A DNA stretch of 64,000 nucleotides from an uncultured Alphaproteobacteria bacterium (GCA_944391335.1 CALXTF010000004.1:16412-80411); one strand, 5' to 3'. Shown: positions 10,323 to 21,092, counted from the first letter of the stretch. Numbers and translations: made by a program. Notes: generated from the letters alone by a model not told the origin.

Positions 10323-10940
10323 TTAATTTCCATAATCTTGAATATAATCAGAATCAGCAACATACATATTGAGATATTTATTAATATTCATTTGCATACG
10401 AGCATCAAACTCTTCAAAAAGTTTTTCCACCATGGAATTCCAATATTTTTCTTTATCTTCAATTGTTGTATCAACAGGAATTGTTAATTCACGCCATGCT
10501 TCCAAAGAAGTTTCGGCACTAGAAAAATTATAAGGATCCTTAACCGTTAGCACGACCGATAATTTTGCTCGATATTTTAAACTATCTTTTTCAAAAATTT
10601 TATCGGATTTAATAACTTCTTCTGTCACACTTGCATCTTTAATAACAAAAGTGGCTTGTTTGTCTGAAGCAAAATCGACGGCTTTTAATCTGTCATTAGC
10701 CCATAATTTAGCTGTTTTTTCGATAGATACGGGAAACAAGTGTTCAACATTTGGTCGAGTAAAAGATGGTGTAAATTCAGAAACCACCTCTACCTTATTA
10801 ACTTTCAAATTAATAAGATTATTATTATCAAAGCGTGGTTCGTTATATTTCTGAGGAACCGCTTCGTCAGAAGAAGCACAAGCAGAAAGTAAAGAAACTA
10901 AAGCAAGTGCATAAAATATAGAAAGAATATTTTTTATCAT
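10323..10940 (-). CDS. Hypothetical lipoprotein
   Basis: Signal peptide ending in the lipobox LLSAC. No family recognised. Confidence 0.55.
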   Translation of the reverse strand: MIKNILSIFYALALVSLLSACASSDEAVPQKYNEPRFDNNNLINLKVNKVEVVSEFTPSFTRPNVEHLFPVSIEKTAKLWANDRLKAVDFASDKQATFVIKDASVTEEVIKSDKIFEKDSLKYRAKLSVVLTVKDPYNFSSAETSLEAWRELTIPVDTTIEDKEKYWNSMVEKLFEEFDARMQMNINKYLNMYVADSDYIQDYGN

Positions 10941-11043
10941 AGATTTAATCCATAGCTTGTTAATATGTTTTATACTTATTAATTCTATAATACTTTTTTA
11001 TATGTTAAATACATAAAAATCAAGTATAAATAGGATTTTTATA

Positions 11044-11601
11044 ATGGAAAAAGCACAAAATGGATTAAAACAACCGAAAAAAGAAAAAAAAATGACGGTT
11101 GAACGTTTAAAAAATATCGCTCTTTATTATTTACAACGTTTTGATTCTTCTAGCGAAAATTTACGACAGGTTCTTTTACGCCGCATAAAAAAATATGCGC
11201 GGAATAATCCCGATTTCAATCAGCAAGAAGCCTTTGAGTGGGTTGAAAACATAATTGCCTCTTTTTTTCGTGTTGGATATTTGGATGACACACGTTTTGC
11301 TGAAGCAAAAATTATAGAGTATCTTAATATGGGAAAGTCCACACGTTATATTAAACTTAAAATGAAAGAAAAAGGCGTTGATGAAAAGACGGTTAATATG
11401 ATTTTATCGATATCAAAAATTGATGAAGAAACAGCAGCCATAAATTTTATCCGTAAGAAAAAGATAGGTCCTTTTCGATTAAACGAACAACAAAGAAAAT
11501 TATATAGGCAAAAAGATTTAGCAACAATAATTCGCGCAGGGTTTGATTATGAACTGGCAAAACATATTGTTGATATGAAAATGTTTGACGAAAATGTATA
11601 A
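11044..11601 (+). CDS. recX: RecX-like regulatory protein
   Basis: 185 aa of repeated three-helix units. ALYYLQRFDSSSENLRQVLLRR resembles the RecX N-terminal repeat. Confidence 0.55.
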   Translation: MEKAQNGLKQPKKEKKMTVERLKNIALYYLQRFDSSSENLRQVLLRRIKKYARNNPDFNQQEAFEWVENIIASFFRVGYLDDTRFAEAKIIEYLNMGKSTRYIKLKMKEKGVDEKTVNMILSISKIDEETAAINFIRKKKIGPFRLNEQQRKLYRQKDLATIIRAGFDYELAKHIVDMKMFDENV

Positions 11602-11674
11602 AACATTTGTAAAATTATATTTCTTAAGCTAATATAACAATAGATTGTTGATAAAAACAACACAAGGACGAATA

Positions 11675-12880
11675 ATGACTTCTGATAAAGAAAAAATAGC
11701 TGCGTTAAAAGCAATTAGAGATAAAACTCGTGCTGAACTTCAATCCAGAAGTGAAGATGGTTCTTTTGCTGTTTATGATGAAAAAGATGATGAAAATTAC
11801 GATAAAGTAAGTGAAGATAATTATGACGAGGATTATGATTATTATGATGATGAAGAAGATGATGATAAAAAAAATCCTCTAGATGATGATAGCGGAGGAG
11901 AAAATTTACCGAACCCGTGGCATGCCGTTTCACATACATCTGAGGATGATCTTCCTTTGCTAAATATAGAATTTAATGGAAAGAATTTGGAAGATGGTGA
12001 ATTTGATCATGAAGACTTGTCTAATGCAAATTTTTCAGCAGCAAATTTATCCGGTGTTAATTTTTCACACTCTAATCTTCAAGGAGCGGATTTTTCCGGA
12101 GCAAATTTAACAAATACGAACTTATCCGGAGCAAATTTAACAGGAGCCATATTTTCCGGAGCTCAGCTTATTAATACAAATTTTACCGGAGCAATTATGA
12201 ATGACGTCGTTTTAACGGATGTTTATTTCCAAGACGCCATTTTGATTGATGTTGCAATGAATGAAATTAGTTTACAGGAATTGCAAGAGTTGGTTGAATA
12301 TTTGGCACAATACTATCCGCATAAACTTAATCTAAGTCGTATAAATTTAACTTTGCTTGATTTAAAAAAAATAGATTTAAGTCGGGTTAATCTGCGAGGT
12401 GTTGATTTTACAGGTATAGATTTTACCGGTATTAATATTATGGAGTTGGATTTAAGCGAGTGCATTATTACTCCGGAACAAATAGCACAAGCCTTGGGAC
12501 GAGTACCGACAGCATTGGAACTAAAAAAAATACTGGCTCCTAAAAAGAAAAAACAACAAGGATTTCAAGGAATTGATATGACAGGTTTGTTCCTTGATGA
12601 TGGAAAGGAATTCGGCGTTCTTGATGTTTCCGGTTTTGATAAAGGTGTGGATATTGATAAAATATTAAAGTTTGGAAAGAAAGTTTTTCAACATAAAGAA
12701 AAAGCCCCCGTAAAAGATGAACAAGCATTGGAATATATAAGAGAACAAAATCGTGTTAATAAAGAAGAACTGCGAAACGTTATAGAAGAACGTAAACGTC
12801 GGGTGTTAGAAAATAAAAGACGTCAAAAAGAAAATCAAGATATGTTTAATAACCGTGATCGTGGTGGATATCACAGATAG
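11675..12880 (+). CDS. Pentapeptide-repeat protein with an acidic N-terminal region
   Basis: Runs of A(D/N)LSG/ANFSG pentapeptides (ANFSAANLSGVNFSHSNLQGADFSGANLTNTNLSGANLTGAIFSGAQL). Start set at the ATG behind AAGGA; the track start is TTG at 11645. Confidence 0.8.
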   Translation: MTSDKEKIAALKAIRDKTRAELQSRSEDGSFAVYDEKDDENYDKVSEDNYDEDYDYYDDEEDDDKKNPLDDDSGGENLPNPWHAVSHTSEDDLPLLNIEFNGKNLEDGEFDHEDLSNANFSAANLSGVNFSHSNLQGADFSGANLTNTNLSGANLTGAIFSGAQLINTNFTGAIMNDVVLTDVYFQDAILIDVAMNEISLQELQELVEYLAQYYPHKLNLSRINLTLLDLKKIDLSRVNLRGVDFTGIDFTGINIMELDLSECIITPEQIAQALGRVPTALELKKILAPKKKKQQGFQGIDMTGLFLDDGKEFGVLDVSGFDKGVDIDKILKFGKKVFQHKEKAPVKDEQALEYIREQNRVNKEELRNVIEERKRRVLENKRRQKENQDMFNNRDRGGYHR

Positions 12881-12888
12881 GTGGCAGT

Positions 12889-14214
12889 ATGGAAGAAACA
12901 TTGTTTTCACAAAAAATGAAACGCCCGCTTGCAGATAGATTACGTCCGCAAAATTTAAATGAAGTTGTTGGTCAAGATCAAGTTGTTGGTACGGATGCCC
13001 CTTTGGGAAGAATGCTTAAATCAGGTAAAATCACATCATTCATATTATGGGGACCTCCGGGATGCGGTAAAACCACAATAGCTCGATTGATAGCCGAGCA
13101 TACCAATCTTTATTTTGAACAAATTTCTGCAGTATTTTCAGGCGTTGCAGATTTAAAAAGAGTTTTTCAGTACGCAGAAGAAAGAAGAGCCAATCAAGGT
13201 AAAGGAACCTTATTGTTTGTTGATGAAATACATCGTTTTAATAAGTCACAACAAGATGGCTTTTTGCCATATGTGGAAAATGGTACAATAATCTTAGTCG
13301 GTGCGACTACGGAAAATCCATCATTTGAGCTTAACGCGGCTCTTTTATCTCGTTGTCAGGTATTTGTTCTCAATCGTCTCAGTTATGATGATTTTGATAT
13401 ATTGCTTACACGAGCAGAAAAAGAAATGGGCAAAAAACTCCCCGTAGATGAGGAAGCAAGAGATTTAATGAAGTCTATTGCAGATGGAGATGGACGTTAT
13501 ATATTAAATCTAGCCGAAAGTGTTTTTAATTATGCTCAAGCCGATGAAATTTTTGATAAAGAAGGCTTACTCAAAATAATTCGTTCCCGCGCTCCTGTTT
13601 ATGATAAAGGAAGAGACGGACATTATAATCTTATTTCCGCCGTTCATAAGTCTTTAAGGGGATCAGATGTCGATGCGGCGCTGTATTGGGTGGCGCGTAT
13701 GTTGTCAGCAGGAGAAGATCCTAAATATATCTTTCGGCGATTGACACGTTTCGCTGTTGAAGATGTTTCAATGGCGGATCCTAACGCGGTAACACAAGCC
13801 ATTTCATGTTGGGAGACATATGAAAGATTAGGTTCTCCCGAAGGAGATTTAGCTTTAATGCAATTGACGGTTTATTTGGCAACAGCTCCTAAATCGGCAG
13901 CAGTTTATAAAGCAATGGATAAAGCTTTGTCTTTAGCTCATAAAACAGGATCGTTAATGCCGCCTAAACATATTTTAAACGCACCGACAAAATTAATGAA
14001 ACAACTCGGTTATCATGATGGATATATTTATGATCAGGATTTGGAAGATGGTTTTTCGGGACAAAATTATTTTCCGGATGGTATTAAACATCAAAAACTC
14101 TATCATCCTGTGGAACGAGGTTTTGAAAGAGAAATCAAAAAACGAGTGGAATATTTTGAAAAACGTCGATATGAAAAACAAAAAACAATAGCGCAAGGAG
14201 GAAAAAATGATTGA
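12889..14214 (+). CDS. rarA: Replication-associated recombination protein A (AAA+ ATPase)
   Basis: LADRLRPQNLNEVVGQ, Walker A GPPGCGKTT, Walker B LFVDEIHRFNK, and a MgsA C-terminal domain. Confidence 0.9.
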   Translation: MEETLFSQKMKRPLADRLRPQNLNEVVGQDQVVGTDAPLGRMLKSGKITSFILWGPPGCGKTTIARLIAEHTNLYFEQISAVFSGVADLKRVFQYAEERRANQGKGTLLFVDEIHRFNKSQQDGFLPYVENGTIILVGATTENPSFELNAALLSRCQVFVLNRLSYDDFDILLTRAEKEMGKKLPVDEEARDLMKSIADGDGRYILNLAESVFNYAQADEIFDKEGLLKIIRSRAPVYDKGRDGHYNLISAVHKSLRGSDVDAALYWVARMLSAGEDPKYIFRRLTRFAVEDVSMADPNAVTQAISCWETYERLGSPEGDLALMQLTVYLATAPKSAAVYKAMDKALSLAHKTGSLMPPKHILNAPTKLMKQLGYHDGYIYDQDLEDGFSGQNYFPDGIKHQKLYHPVERGFEREIKKRVEYFEKRRYEKQKTIAQGGKND

Positions 14215-15121
14215 ATTAGCCGATGATGAACAAGAAATTTTTACCAAAAGAATGGTAAAAGAGGCCATGGAAGGTAAAACCCCTTCATCTCGACCAACCT
14301 TTTATGCCTTGGTTGGAGCTCCCGGATCAGGCAAATCATCAATGGCAAAAAATATTAAAAATGCGGTTGTTATTTGCTCAGATCATGTTATAGGCGAATA
14401 TGCAAAAGAACTTGATATAGATATCAGTAATGATTTTTATGATAAAGATGTTAGCCTTTTTGCCGTTAAAGTATCCAATGAAATATATAAAGCGGCCGTA
14501 AAAAATAAAATGGATATAGTCTATGACACATCCGTTTTGTATAATACCAAAAAAATGGTGGAGCATGTTAAGAAGTTTGGTTATCAAACACAAATTAAAT
14601 TAATGCTAACGGATGAGTATCAAGCGGCGATGAATGTTATTGAACGCAAAATGAATGTTGATAATCAATATTTTATGCATAAAAGATATAGGGATTTTTG
14701 CCATTATCCTTCAGGGAATTTATTTGCGGTTAGTCCATATGTTTCAATGAATGTTTCAGCTGCGGTAGAAGATTTTTTAGGTGAAATGCAATTAAAAAAA
14801 GAACCCATTGAAGTCTATGAATTTGGTAAAACCGAACCATCATTTAAAACAGGAGATGATTTTGATAAATTTATAGATAATATGAGATTAATACCAATGG
14901 AAGACCATATCAAACGTTGTGATAAATTAATAAAACGAGCAATGAACGAAGGTCGAGATGATGATGCCATCAACTTAATTGCTCTAAAAAAAGAAATGAC
15001 AATAAGACAACAAGAGGAACAAAAAGATCCTTGTGAAAAATTAACAGATGTTCTAGAAAAACAAAATCATAAAAATATTTCTATTAAGGACATAAAACAA
15101 GGAATGACAGGAAGATCATAA
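14207..15121 (+). CDS. P-loop kinase-like protein (zeta-toxin / AAA_33-like fold)
   Basis: Walker A VGAPGSGKSS near the N-terminus and a strong AAGGAGG RBS. The gene overlaps the rarA stop by 8 nt. Confidence 0.45.
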   Translation: MIELADDEQEIFTKRMVKEAMEGKTPSSRPTFYALVGAPGSGKSSMAKNIKNAVVICSDHVIGEYAKELDIDISNDFYDKDVSLFAVKVSNEIYKAAVKNKMDIVYDTSVLYNTKKMVEHVKKFGYQTQIKLMLTDEYQAAMNVIERKMNVDNQYFMHKRYRDFCHYPSGNLFAVSPYVSMNVSAAVEDFLGEMQLKKEPIEVYEFGKTEPSFKTGDDFDKFIDNMRLIPMEDHIKRCDKLIKRAMNEGRDDDAINLIALKKEMTIRQQEEQKDPCEKLTDVLEKQNHKNISIKDIKQGMTGRS

Positions 15122-15122
15122 A

Positions 15123-16055
15123 ATGGCGGTAGAACAAATTAAAGTTAAAGACATTGATGATGGAATGCGTCTTAATCGTTGGTTTTTAAAATACTATCCT
15201 AATTTGACACTCGGCCGTTTACAAAAATTACTTAGAACCAAACAAATTAAAGTAGACGGGAAAAGAGCGGAAGCGGGATTAAAACTTACAGCCGGTCAAA
15301 TTATAAGGATCCCCCCCTTAAAAGAAGGAGAAACAGAACCCCAAAAAGATAAAGAACTTTCAAAAAAAGAAATAGATTTTATTCGTCAATTGGTTCTTTT
15401 TAAAGATGATAACATTATTGCTATAAACAAACCTTCAGGGTTAGCGGTTCAAGGTGGAACAAATACACATTTTCATGTCGATGGACTTCTTGATGGTTTA
15501 AAATATGAAAAAGAAGAACGTCCTAAATTAGTTCACAGATTAGATAAAGACACAAGCGGTCTCTTGCTTTTAGCCAGAAATCGACATTATGCGGAAGTAT
15601 TAACTAAAGCTTTTAGCAGCCACCGATTACCTAAAACATATTTAGCTTTTACAAAAGGTGTTCCACATCAAGAATATGGGGAAGTCAACGCGCCGTTGAA
15701 AAAAAACGGTGAAAAAATGATTATTAGTGTTGAAGGACAAAATTCCCGTACATTATACCGCGTTCTTGATAAAATAGGGGAACATTTTGCTTTACTTGAA
15801 GTATCACCCCTAAGCGGCAGAACACATCAGATACGTGTGCATTTGGAATCAATAGGTTGTCCTATTGTCGGTGATGAACGATATTATGGTTTGATTCGGC
15901 AAAAAAATGAATTATTTAGTGATAAATTACATTTACATGCCTATAAAATAGATTTATCAGCTATATATAATAAGCAAATGCAGATTACAGCACCATTGCC
16001 GGAATACTTTAAAACGGATTTAAGAACAGCAGGATTAGAATTTAATATTTTATAA
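15123..16055 (+). CDS. rluC: 23S rRNA pseudouridine synthase, RluA/RluC family
   Basis: N-terminal S4-like domain, catalytic HRLDKDTSGLLLLA and GRTHQIRVHL. Confidence 0.85.
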   Translation: MAVEQIKVKDIDDGMRLNRWFLKYYPNLTLGRLQKLLRTKQIKVDGKRAEAGLKLTAGQIIRIPPLKEGETEPQKDKELSKKEIDFIRQLVLFKDDNIIAINKPSGLAVQGGTNTHFHVDGLLDGLKYEKEERPKLVHRLDKDTSGLLLLARNRHYAEVLTKAFSSHRLPKTYLAFTKGVPHQEYGEVNAPLKKNGEKMIISVEGQNSRTLYRVLDKIGEHFALLEVSPLSGRTHQIRVHLESIGCPIVGDERYYGLIRQKNELFSDKLHLHAYKIDLSAIYNKQMQITAPLPEYFKTDLRTAGLEFNIL

Positions 16056-16066
16056 AAGGAAATAAA

Positions 16067-18211
16067 ATGAGGATTATTAAATTATTAATAGGAATTTTTA
16101 TGCTTTTAATTGTGTCAATAGCAATTGGCAGTTATGTTTTTTTAAAAAATTTTGATTTGAATAAATATAAGACATTAATAGAACAAATTGTATATGAACA
16201 AACAGGACGTAAATTAATTGTTAAAGGAGAGGCCTCTCTTGGAATATCACTTATCCCGACTTTAATTATTAATGATATTAGTTTTTCTAATCCTACTTGG
16301 GCAATAAATCCGCAAATGGCGGAAATAGGATCGTTGGAGCTTAAATTTTCTTTATTGCCTTTGTTGAAAAAACAAATAATTATTGATAGAGCTATTGTTA
16401 ATAACGCTCAAATTTATTTAGAAACAACTTCTAGCGGAAAAAATAATTGGATATTTGAACAGATTAAAAAAACAGAACCGACAGTTAAAAAAACAGGTTT
16501 AATAAATGGTCTATTGATAAAAACAGCTCATGCGGAGGAAGTTAAGACTTCAACACCGGAAATTTTAGATATTTTAACAGATATAGCCGCTCATGAAGTA
16601 TCTATAAATAATAGTAGAGTTTATTATATAAGCGAGCAAGAAGAAAAAATCAGTCTTCAAATAAACAATTTAACATTATCAACAGAAGGAATTAATGCCC
16701 CCATAAATATTGATTGGGATATTATTTTAAATGATATAAATATTGTTGGTCAAGGAACAACAGGTTCACTAAGCGGAATATTTTCCATATCATCACCTTG
16801 GCCTATGAATGTTGATGTTGAAGCGTTAAACATAAAGACATCAATAACAGCAAATGTTTATGATATACTGAATAAACCCAGAGCGGAATTTTCTATTAAC
16901 CTCTATAATCCTGCAGGAAACTTTAATGCTCCCGAAACGACATTAATAGGCAGTGGTAATGTTGATTTAGAAAAAATAAGCTTGAATATTTCATCTCTTG
17001 ATATTGTTAATAATGTTGTTTCTGGTAGTCTAGCAGCGGATATAAGTGGAAAAGTTCCATATATAGCGGCAGATTTATACAGTAAATATATCAATTTAGA
17101 AATATTTAATCCCGCAAAACCGACGGCATTTATTTTACCGGAGATTGTATCATCAGCACAAGCAAGTGAGTTAATTCCTGATGAAAAAATACCTTATGAT
17201 CTTTTGCAAAAAATAAATGGAAATTTTCACTTTAATATAGATAAATTAGTTATTAATGATGATTTTTCGTTTAATGATGTTCAATTAACAGCGTTTTTAG
17301 ATCAAGGTGTTTTAAAAATAACCCCTTTACAAATGAGATTTGGAAAGGGTTTGGTTAATGTAAATGCTGTTGTTAAAGCATCTAATCAATCACTTACACT
17401 AAAGATTGATACTCAAGACTTGTTGCTACAACAATTACATCAAGAATTTCAAATTAAAGGAAAGAATGATTTTGGTGTAATTCAAGGGGGAAAAACGCAA
17501 GTTTACGCAGATATACAAGGACAAGGTTCGACTTATCGCTCATTAATAAATTCATTATCCGGTCAAATATTGGCGGCAGTTGAAGATACGGAAATACAAA
17601 GCGGTACTTTAAGCTTTTTAAGCGGCAGCATTATTAAGCAAGTACTGGATTTATTAAAAATAGATACAACCAAAAGCAAAAAAGTAGATTTAAAATGTGC
17701 TGTTGTTCGTGGAGATATTAATAACGGACATATTAATTTTCCTAAAGGAATAGCTCTTGATAGTGATAGATTAAGTATTGTAAGCGGTGGCACAATTAAT
17801 ATGCATAATGATGAAATTAAGTTGAGTCTTAATGCTTATGGCAGTGGCGCCACGGATATTAATATCATGCAAACCTTGAGTAGTTTAATTGAAATTAAAG
17901 GCACATTGCAAAATCCTAAAGTTGTTTTGGATAAAAGCGGAGCTTTGAAAACAATAGCAGGATTAGCTGCGGGTCCGGCCTATGCGGGAGCGGATATGTT
18001 TTTTGATAGAGATCCGGCACCTTGCAATACGGCACTTAAAGGTACAATATGGCAGGATCATTTTCCGGCGGCTTCAATGGTCAGAGGAGCAGCTTATGAT
18101 ACATATAAAGGAGCATCGGATGTTGTGACTAATAGCGTTGACGCCGCAGGTGATGCGGCAAAAGCAATTAGCAATACGGCGCGTCAATTGATTAAGAACT
18201 TATTAAAGTAA
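16067..18211 (+). CDS. AsmA-family outer-membrane biogenesis protein
   Basis: 714 aa with a single N-terminal TM helix followed by a long beta-rich periplasmic region, the AsmA-like architecture. Confidence 0.55.
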   Translation: MRIIKLLIGIFMLLIVSIAIGSYVFLKNFDLNKYKTLIEQIVYEQTGRKLIVKGEASLGISLIPTLIINDISFSNPTWAINPQMAEIGSLELKFSLLPLLKKQIIIDRAIVNNAQIYLETTSSGKNNWIFEQIKKTEPTVKKTGLINGLLIKTAHAEEVKTSTPEILDILTDIAAHEVSINNSRVYYISEQEEKISLQINNLTLSTEGINAPINIDWDIILNDINIVGQGTTGSLSGIFSISSPWPMNVDVEALNIKTSITANVYDILNKPRAEFSINLYNPAGNFNAPETTLIGSGNVDLEKISLNISSLDIVNNVVSGSLAADISGKVPYIAADLYSKYINLEIFNPAKPTAFILPEIVSSAQASELIPDEKIPYDLLQKINGNFHFNIDKLVINDDFSFNDVQLTAFLDQGVLKITPLQMRFGKGLVNVNAVVKASNQSLTLKIDTQDLLLQQLHQEFQIKGKNDFGVIQGGKTQVYADIQGQGSTYRSLINSLSGQILAAVEDTEIQSGTLSFLSGSIIKQVLDLLKIDTTKSKKVDLKCAVVRGDINNGHINFPKGIALDSDRLSIVSGGTINMHNDEIKLSLNAYGSGATDINIMQTLSSLIEIKGTLQNPKVVLDKSGALKTIAGLAAGPAYAGADMFFDRDPAPCNTALKGTIWQDHFPAASMVRGAAYDTYKGASDVVTNSVDAAGDAAKAISNTARQLIKNLLK

Positions 18212-18249
18212 TTACTTCTGTAATAAATTAAGGATTAGGGAAAGAAGAA

Positions 18250-18750
18250 ATGACTGTAAAAAAACTTACACAAGCGATTGATGAAATACAAAATCACAAA
18301 GAAGACATCATAGATAAATTGTTACAATTTGCTCCAACCGATTCATTGTTATTTTGGGGTAATAATGAAAGTTTGGTTAAGAAACAAGAGCAATTATGGA
18401 CACCGATTTTAAGTTGGGCGAATAAAGAAATAAATGTAAAATATGTAACGACCAATGATTTAAAAGTACCGGAACAAGAGCAATATTCGCTTAATAATTT
18501 AAAGAAGTTTATGGAAAATTTATCCGATAAAGAATTAGCGGGATTTTATTTAGCTTCAATTAACATGAGATCAGAATTATTGGCTGCGGCACTGGTTAAA
18601 GGTTATATTAATGCTGAGCAAGCTTTTAATGCGGCGAATATAGAAGAATTATGGCAAGCGGAACATTGGGGAAAAGAAGATGTTTCAGAAGAAAGACGCC
18701 AAGATCTCAAACAAGAATTAGAGGAAATTGAAAGGTTTTTGCGTCAATAA
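18250..18750 (+). CDS. ATP12-family F1-ATPase assembly chaperone (short form)
   Basis: SELLAAALVKGYINAEQAFNAANIEELWQAEHWGKEDVSEERR matches the conserved C-terminal ATP12 block found in alphaproteobacteria. Confidence 0.55.
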   Translation: MTVKKLTQAIDEIQNHKEDIIDKLLQFAPTDSLLFWGNNESLVKKQEQLWTPILSWANKEINVKYVTTNDLKVPEQEQYSLNNLKKFMENLSDKELAGFYLASINMRSELLAAALVKGYINAEQAFNAANIEELWQAEHWGKEDVSEERRQDLKQELEEIERFLRQ

Positions 18751-19040
18751 TGGAAAGGACAGTTTATCTTAGATTATACGGACGCGTACAGGGTATAGGT
18801 TTTCGTCGATGGGTGCAAAAGACAGCAGAAAAATTAGGAAAAATTTCTGGGTGGGTTCGTAATGTTGAAGATGGAAGTGTAGAAATTTATATGTGTGGAC
18901 AAGAAGAAGCGATTGATCAAATGATACTGGCCTGTCATCAAGGTCCCGTTCTTTCCAGAATTGATAAAATATCCTTTCAACCCCCGATTATTAAAGGTTT
19001 TTTACCGGACATAACAAATGGCCGATTTGAAATTATTTAA
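18750..19040 (+). CDS. acyP: Acylphosphatase
   Basis: GRVQGIGFRRWV....A..LGKISGWVRNVEDGSVE signature; 96 aa. Confidence 0.85.
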   Translation: MERTVYLRLYGRVQGIGFRRWVQKTAEKLGKISGWVRNVEDGSVEIYMCGQEEAIDQMILACHQGPVLSRIDKISFQPPIIKGFLPDITNGRFEII

Positions 19041-19110
19041 AACTAATTTCCAATAGAATAAAGCCATCTAAAGATATATCTTCATATTTATAATAAAGGA
19101 GATATGTTCT

Positions 19111-19701
19111 ATGAAGGTTGATAAGGTCAATATTTTTAATATCTATAAAACAGCAACGGAAAATGCAGAAAAACTCATTTTATGGCAAGATAAATTAAAA
19201 GTCTGGCAGATAGTTATAGATTATTGTTTGAATGAGAAAAATTATAATCGCGAAAATAAACGAATAAGAGATAAAATACTATATTGGACATGGAATAATA
19301 TAGGAGATATATGGATAACAAGGGATACGGATAAAGCTATAGAATGTTATAGCAATGCTTTGCCATACGCGTTTGAAAAAGATGAAAAAGTAGGTATATA
19401 TCGTCGAATTGCCTATTTGCATAAGCAATCCGGAGACATTTCTGGTTGGTTGGATATAACAAAAGAAATTGTCGGAAAAGAAGATATGTTGGAAATAAAA
19501 TCCTATATTGAACAGGCCAGACATATAACAGAAGCTACAGAAAAGAAAAAGTATTTACAAAAAGCTTGGGCAAAAGCGGAAAGTGCTTCGAATAGGGAAA
19601 GTTTGGTTTTTTCTGCTGTCAGCGTCAATAAAGAAGCGTCTTCTTTAGAGAAGACGCGGGATAAAAAACAAAAAGTAGAATTATTTGATAAACGTATTTA
19701 A
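19111..19701 (+). CDS. Hypothetical protein (helical, TPR-like impression)
   Basis: 196-aa ORF with no diagnostic motif. Confidence 0.4.
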   Translation: MKVDKVNIFNIYKTATENAEKLILWQDKLKVWQIVIDYCLNEKNYNRENKRIRDKILYWTWNNIGDIWITRDTDKAIECYSNALPYAFEKDEKVGIYRRIAYLHKQSGDISGWLDITKEIVGKEDMLEIKSYIEQARHITEATEKKKYLQKAWAKAESASNRESLVFSAVSVNKEASSLEKTRDKKQKVELFDKRI

Positions 19702-21092
19702 CTTTTTTTGACCATTAATTCCAATTCATCTTTTTGATTTGTAATAATTGATTTTATGTCATTTTTTAATGAAGCCGGTTTTCGCGCGACAGTATATTGT
19801 GGTAATTTTTGTTTGATTATATTTATAGATAATCCAAAAGCCTTAGCCGGAATACGAATTTTTTTACCTTGACCGGCGGACACTTTTGAAGAAATCTCAC
19901 CTGTTTCGGCATCCGTAAATTCATTTAAAGTCAAACGAATATTTTCTAGAGATCCCGGAACAAGGAATTCAATAAATTCACCGGCGTTGATATAGTTGCG
20001 TAATTCGAAAATGATATCATCATTTTGCCATTCAATAATAGAACCGGCAAATAACCATTCCCCCAAAGTACGCGTGTAATCGTAACTTTGAGCCAAATTA
20101 GAGAGATGACCGTCATAAAAACCGAGACAATACCCTCGATTTTGCAGTGTAAATATTTCCTTCATATAAAGCTCCGGAGACCAAGATTGAGGATTTTTGT
20201 AATAATCATCAATAGCCTGTCGGTAACTTCTTGCGGTAACGGCGGCATAATATTCAGTTTTGTTTCTTCCTTCGATTTTTAAGGAATCGAGACCGATGTC
20301 AAGAATATTGTTAAGTTTTGGCATAAGGCACAAATCTTTAGAATTCATGATGTAAGATCCATGTTCATCTTCAATAATTTCATATAATTCACCTGGTCTA
20401 AAATCTTCTTGTACCATAAATTCAAATAGATCTTTATTTTCAGGTGTAATCAAAATATCTTTAATTGTTCCATCTTTAAGCCGCAGATGGAGCTGATAGT
20501 GCCAACGGCAGCAATGTGCGCATTTCCCTTGATTAGCACTTCTTCCGGCAAGGAAATTTGAAATTAAACATCGTCCGGAATAAGACATGCACATAGCACC
20601 ATGAATAAAAGTTTCGAGCATAATATCCGGACATTTTTTTCGGATTTCGAGCATTTCTTGACAAGAGACCTCTCTTCCGAGGACACAAAGATCGGCACCA
20701 ATAGATTTCCAAAACTTAACAGTTTGATAAGAACAAATATTTGCTTGAGTTGATATAAAACGTTTGAGTTCCGGAGCGTGTTCTTTAAGGTAAAGGAAAA
20801 CACCGGGATCAGCGACAAGAACGCCGTCAGGTTTTAATTCTCTTAATGTGTTAATAAAATGAGGCAATTTATCGGCATCTTTATTGTGAGTGTATAAATT
20901 AAGAGTTAAATATATTTTTTTACCATGATTATGCACAAAATGGATACCCTCATTAATATCATCGAGAGAAAATTGAGACTGAGTTCGCAAACTCATATCC
21001 GGAGTACCGGCATAAACAGCATCGGCACCATATAGAAGGGCTGTTTTTAATTTAACCGGTGAACCGGCGGGAAGTAAAAGTTCAGAAACCAT
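19698..21092 (-). CDS. Peptidase U32 family protein
   Basis: ELLLPAGS...ALLYGADAVYAG N-terminus and E.FIHGAMCMSYSGRCLIS, the U32 signature. Confidence 0.8.
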   Translation of the reverse strand: MVSELLLPAGSPVKLKTALLYGADAVYAGTPDMSLRTQSQFSLDDINEGIHFVHNHGKKIYLTLNLYTHNKDADKLPHFINTLRELKPDGVLVADPGVFLYLKEHAPELKRFISTQANICSYQTVKFWKSIGADLCVLGREVSCQEMLEIRKKCPDIMLETFIHGAMCMSYSGRCLISNFLAGRSANQGKCAHCCRWHYQLHLRLKDGTIKDILITPENKDLFEFMVQEDFRPGELYEIIEDEHGSYIMNSKDLCLMPKLNNILDIGLDSLKIEGRNKTEYYAAVTARSYRQAIDDYYKNPQSWSPELYMKEIFTLQNRGYCLGFYDGHLSNLAQSYDYTRTLGEWLFAGSIIEWQNDDIIFELRNYINAGEFIEFLVPGSLENIRLTLNEFTDAETGEISSKVSAGQGKKIRIPAKAFGLSINIIKQKLPQYTVARKPASLKNDIKSIITNQKDELELMVKKS

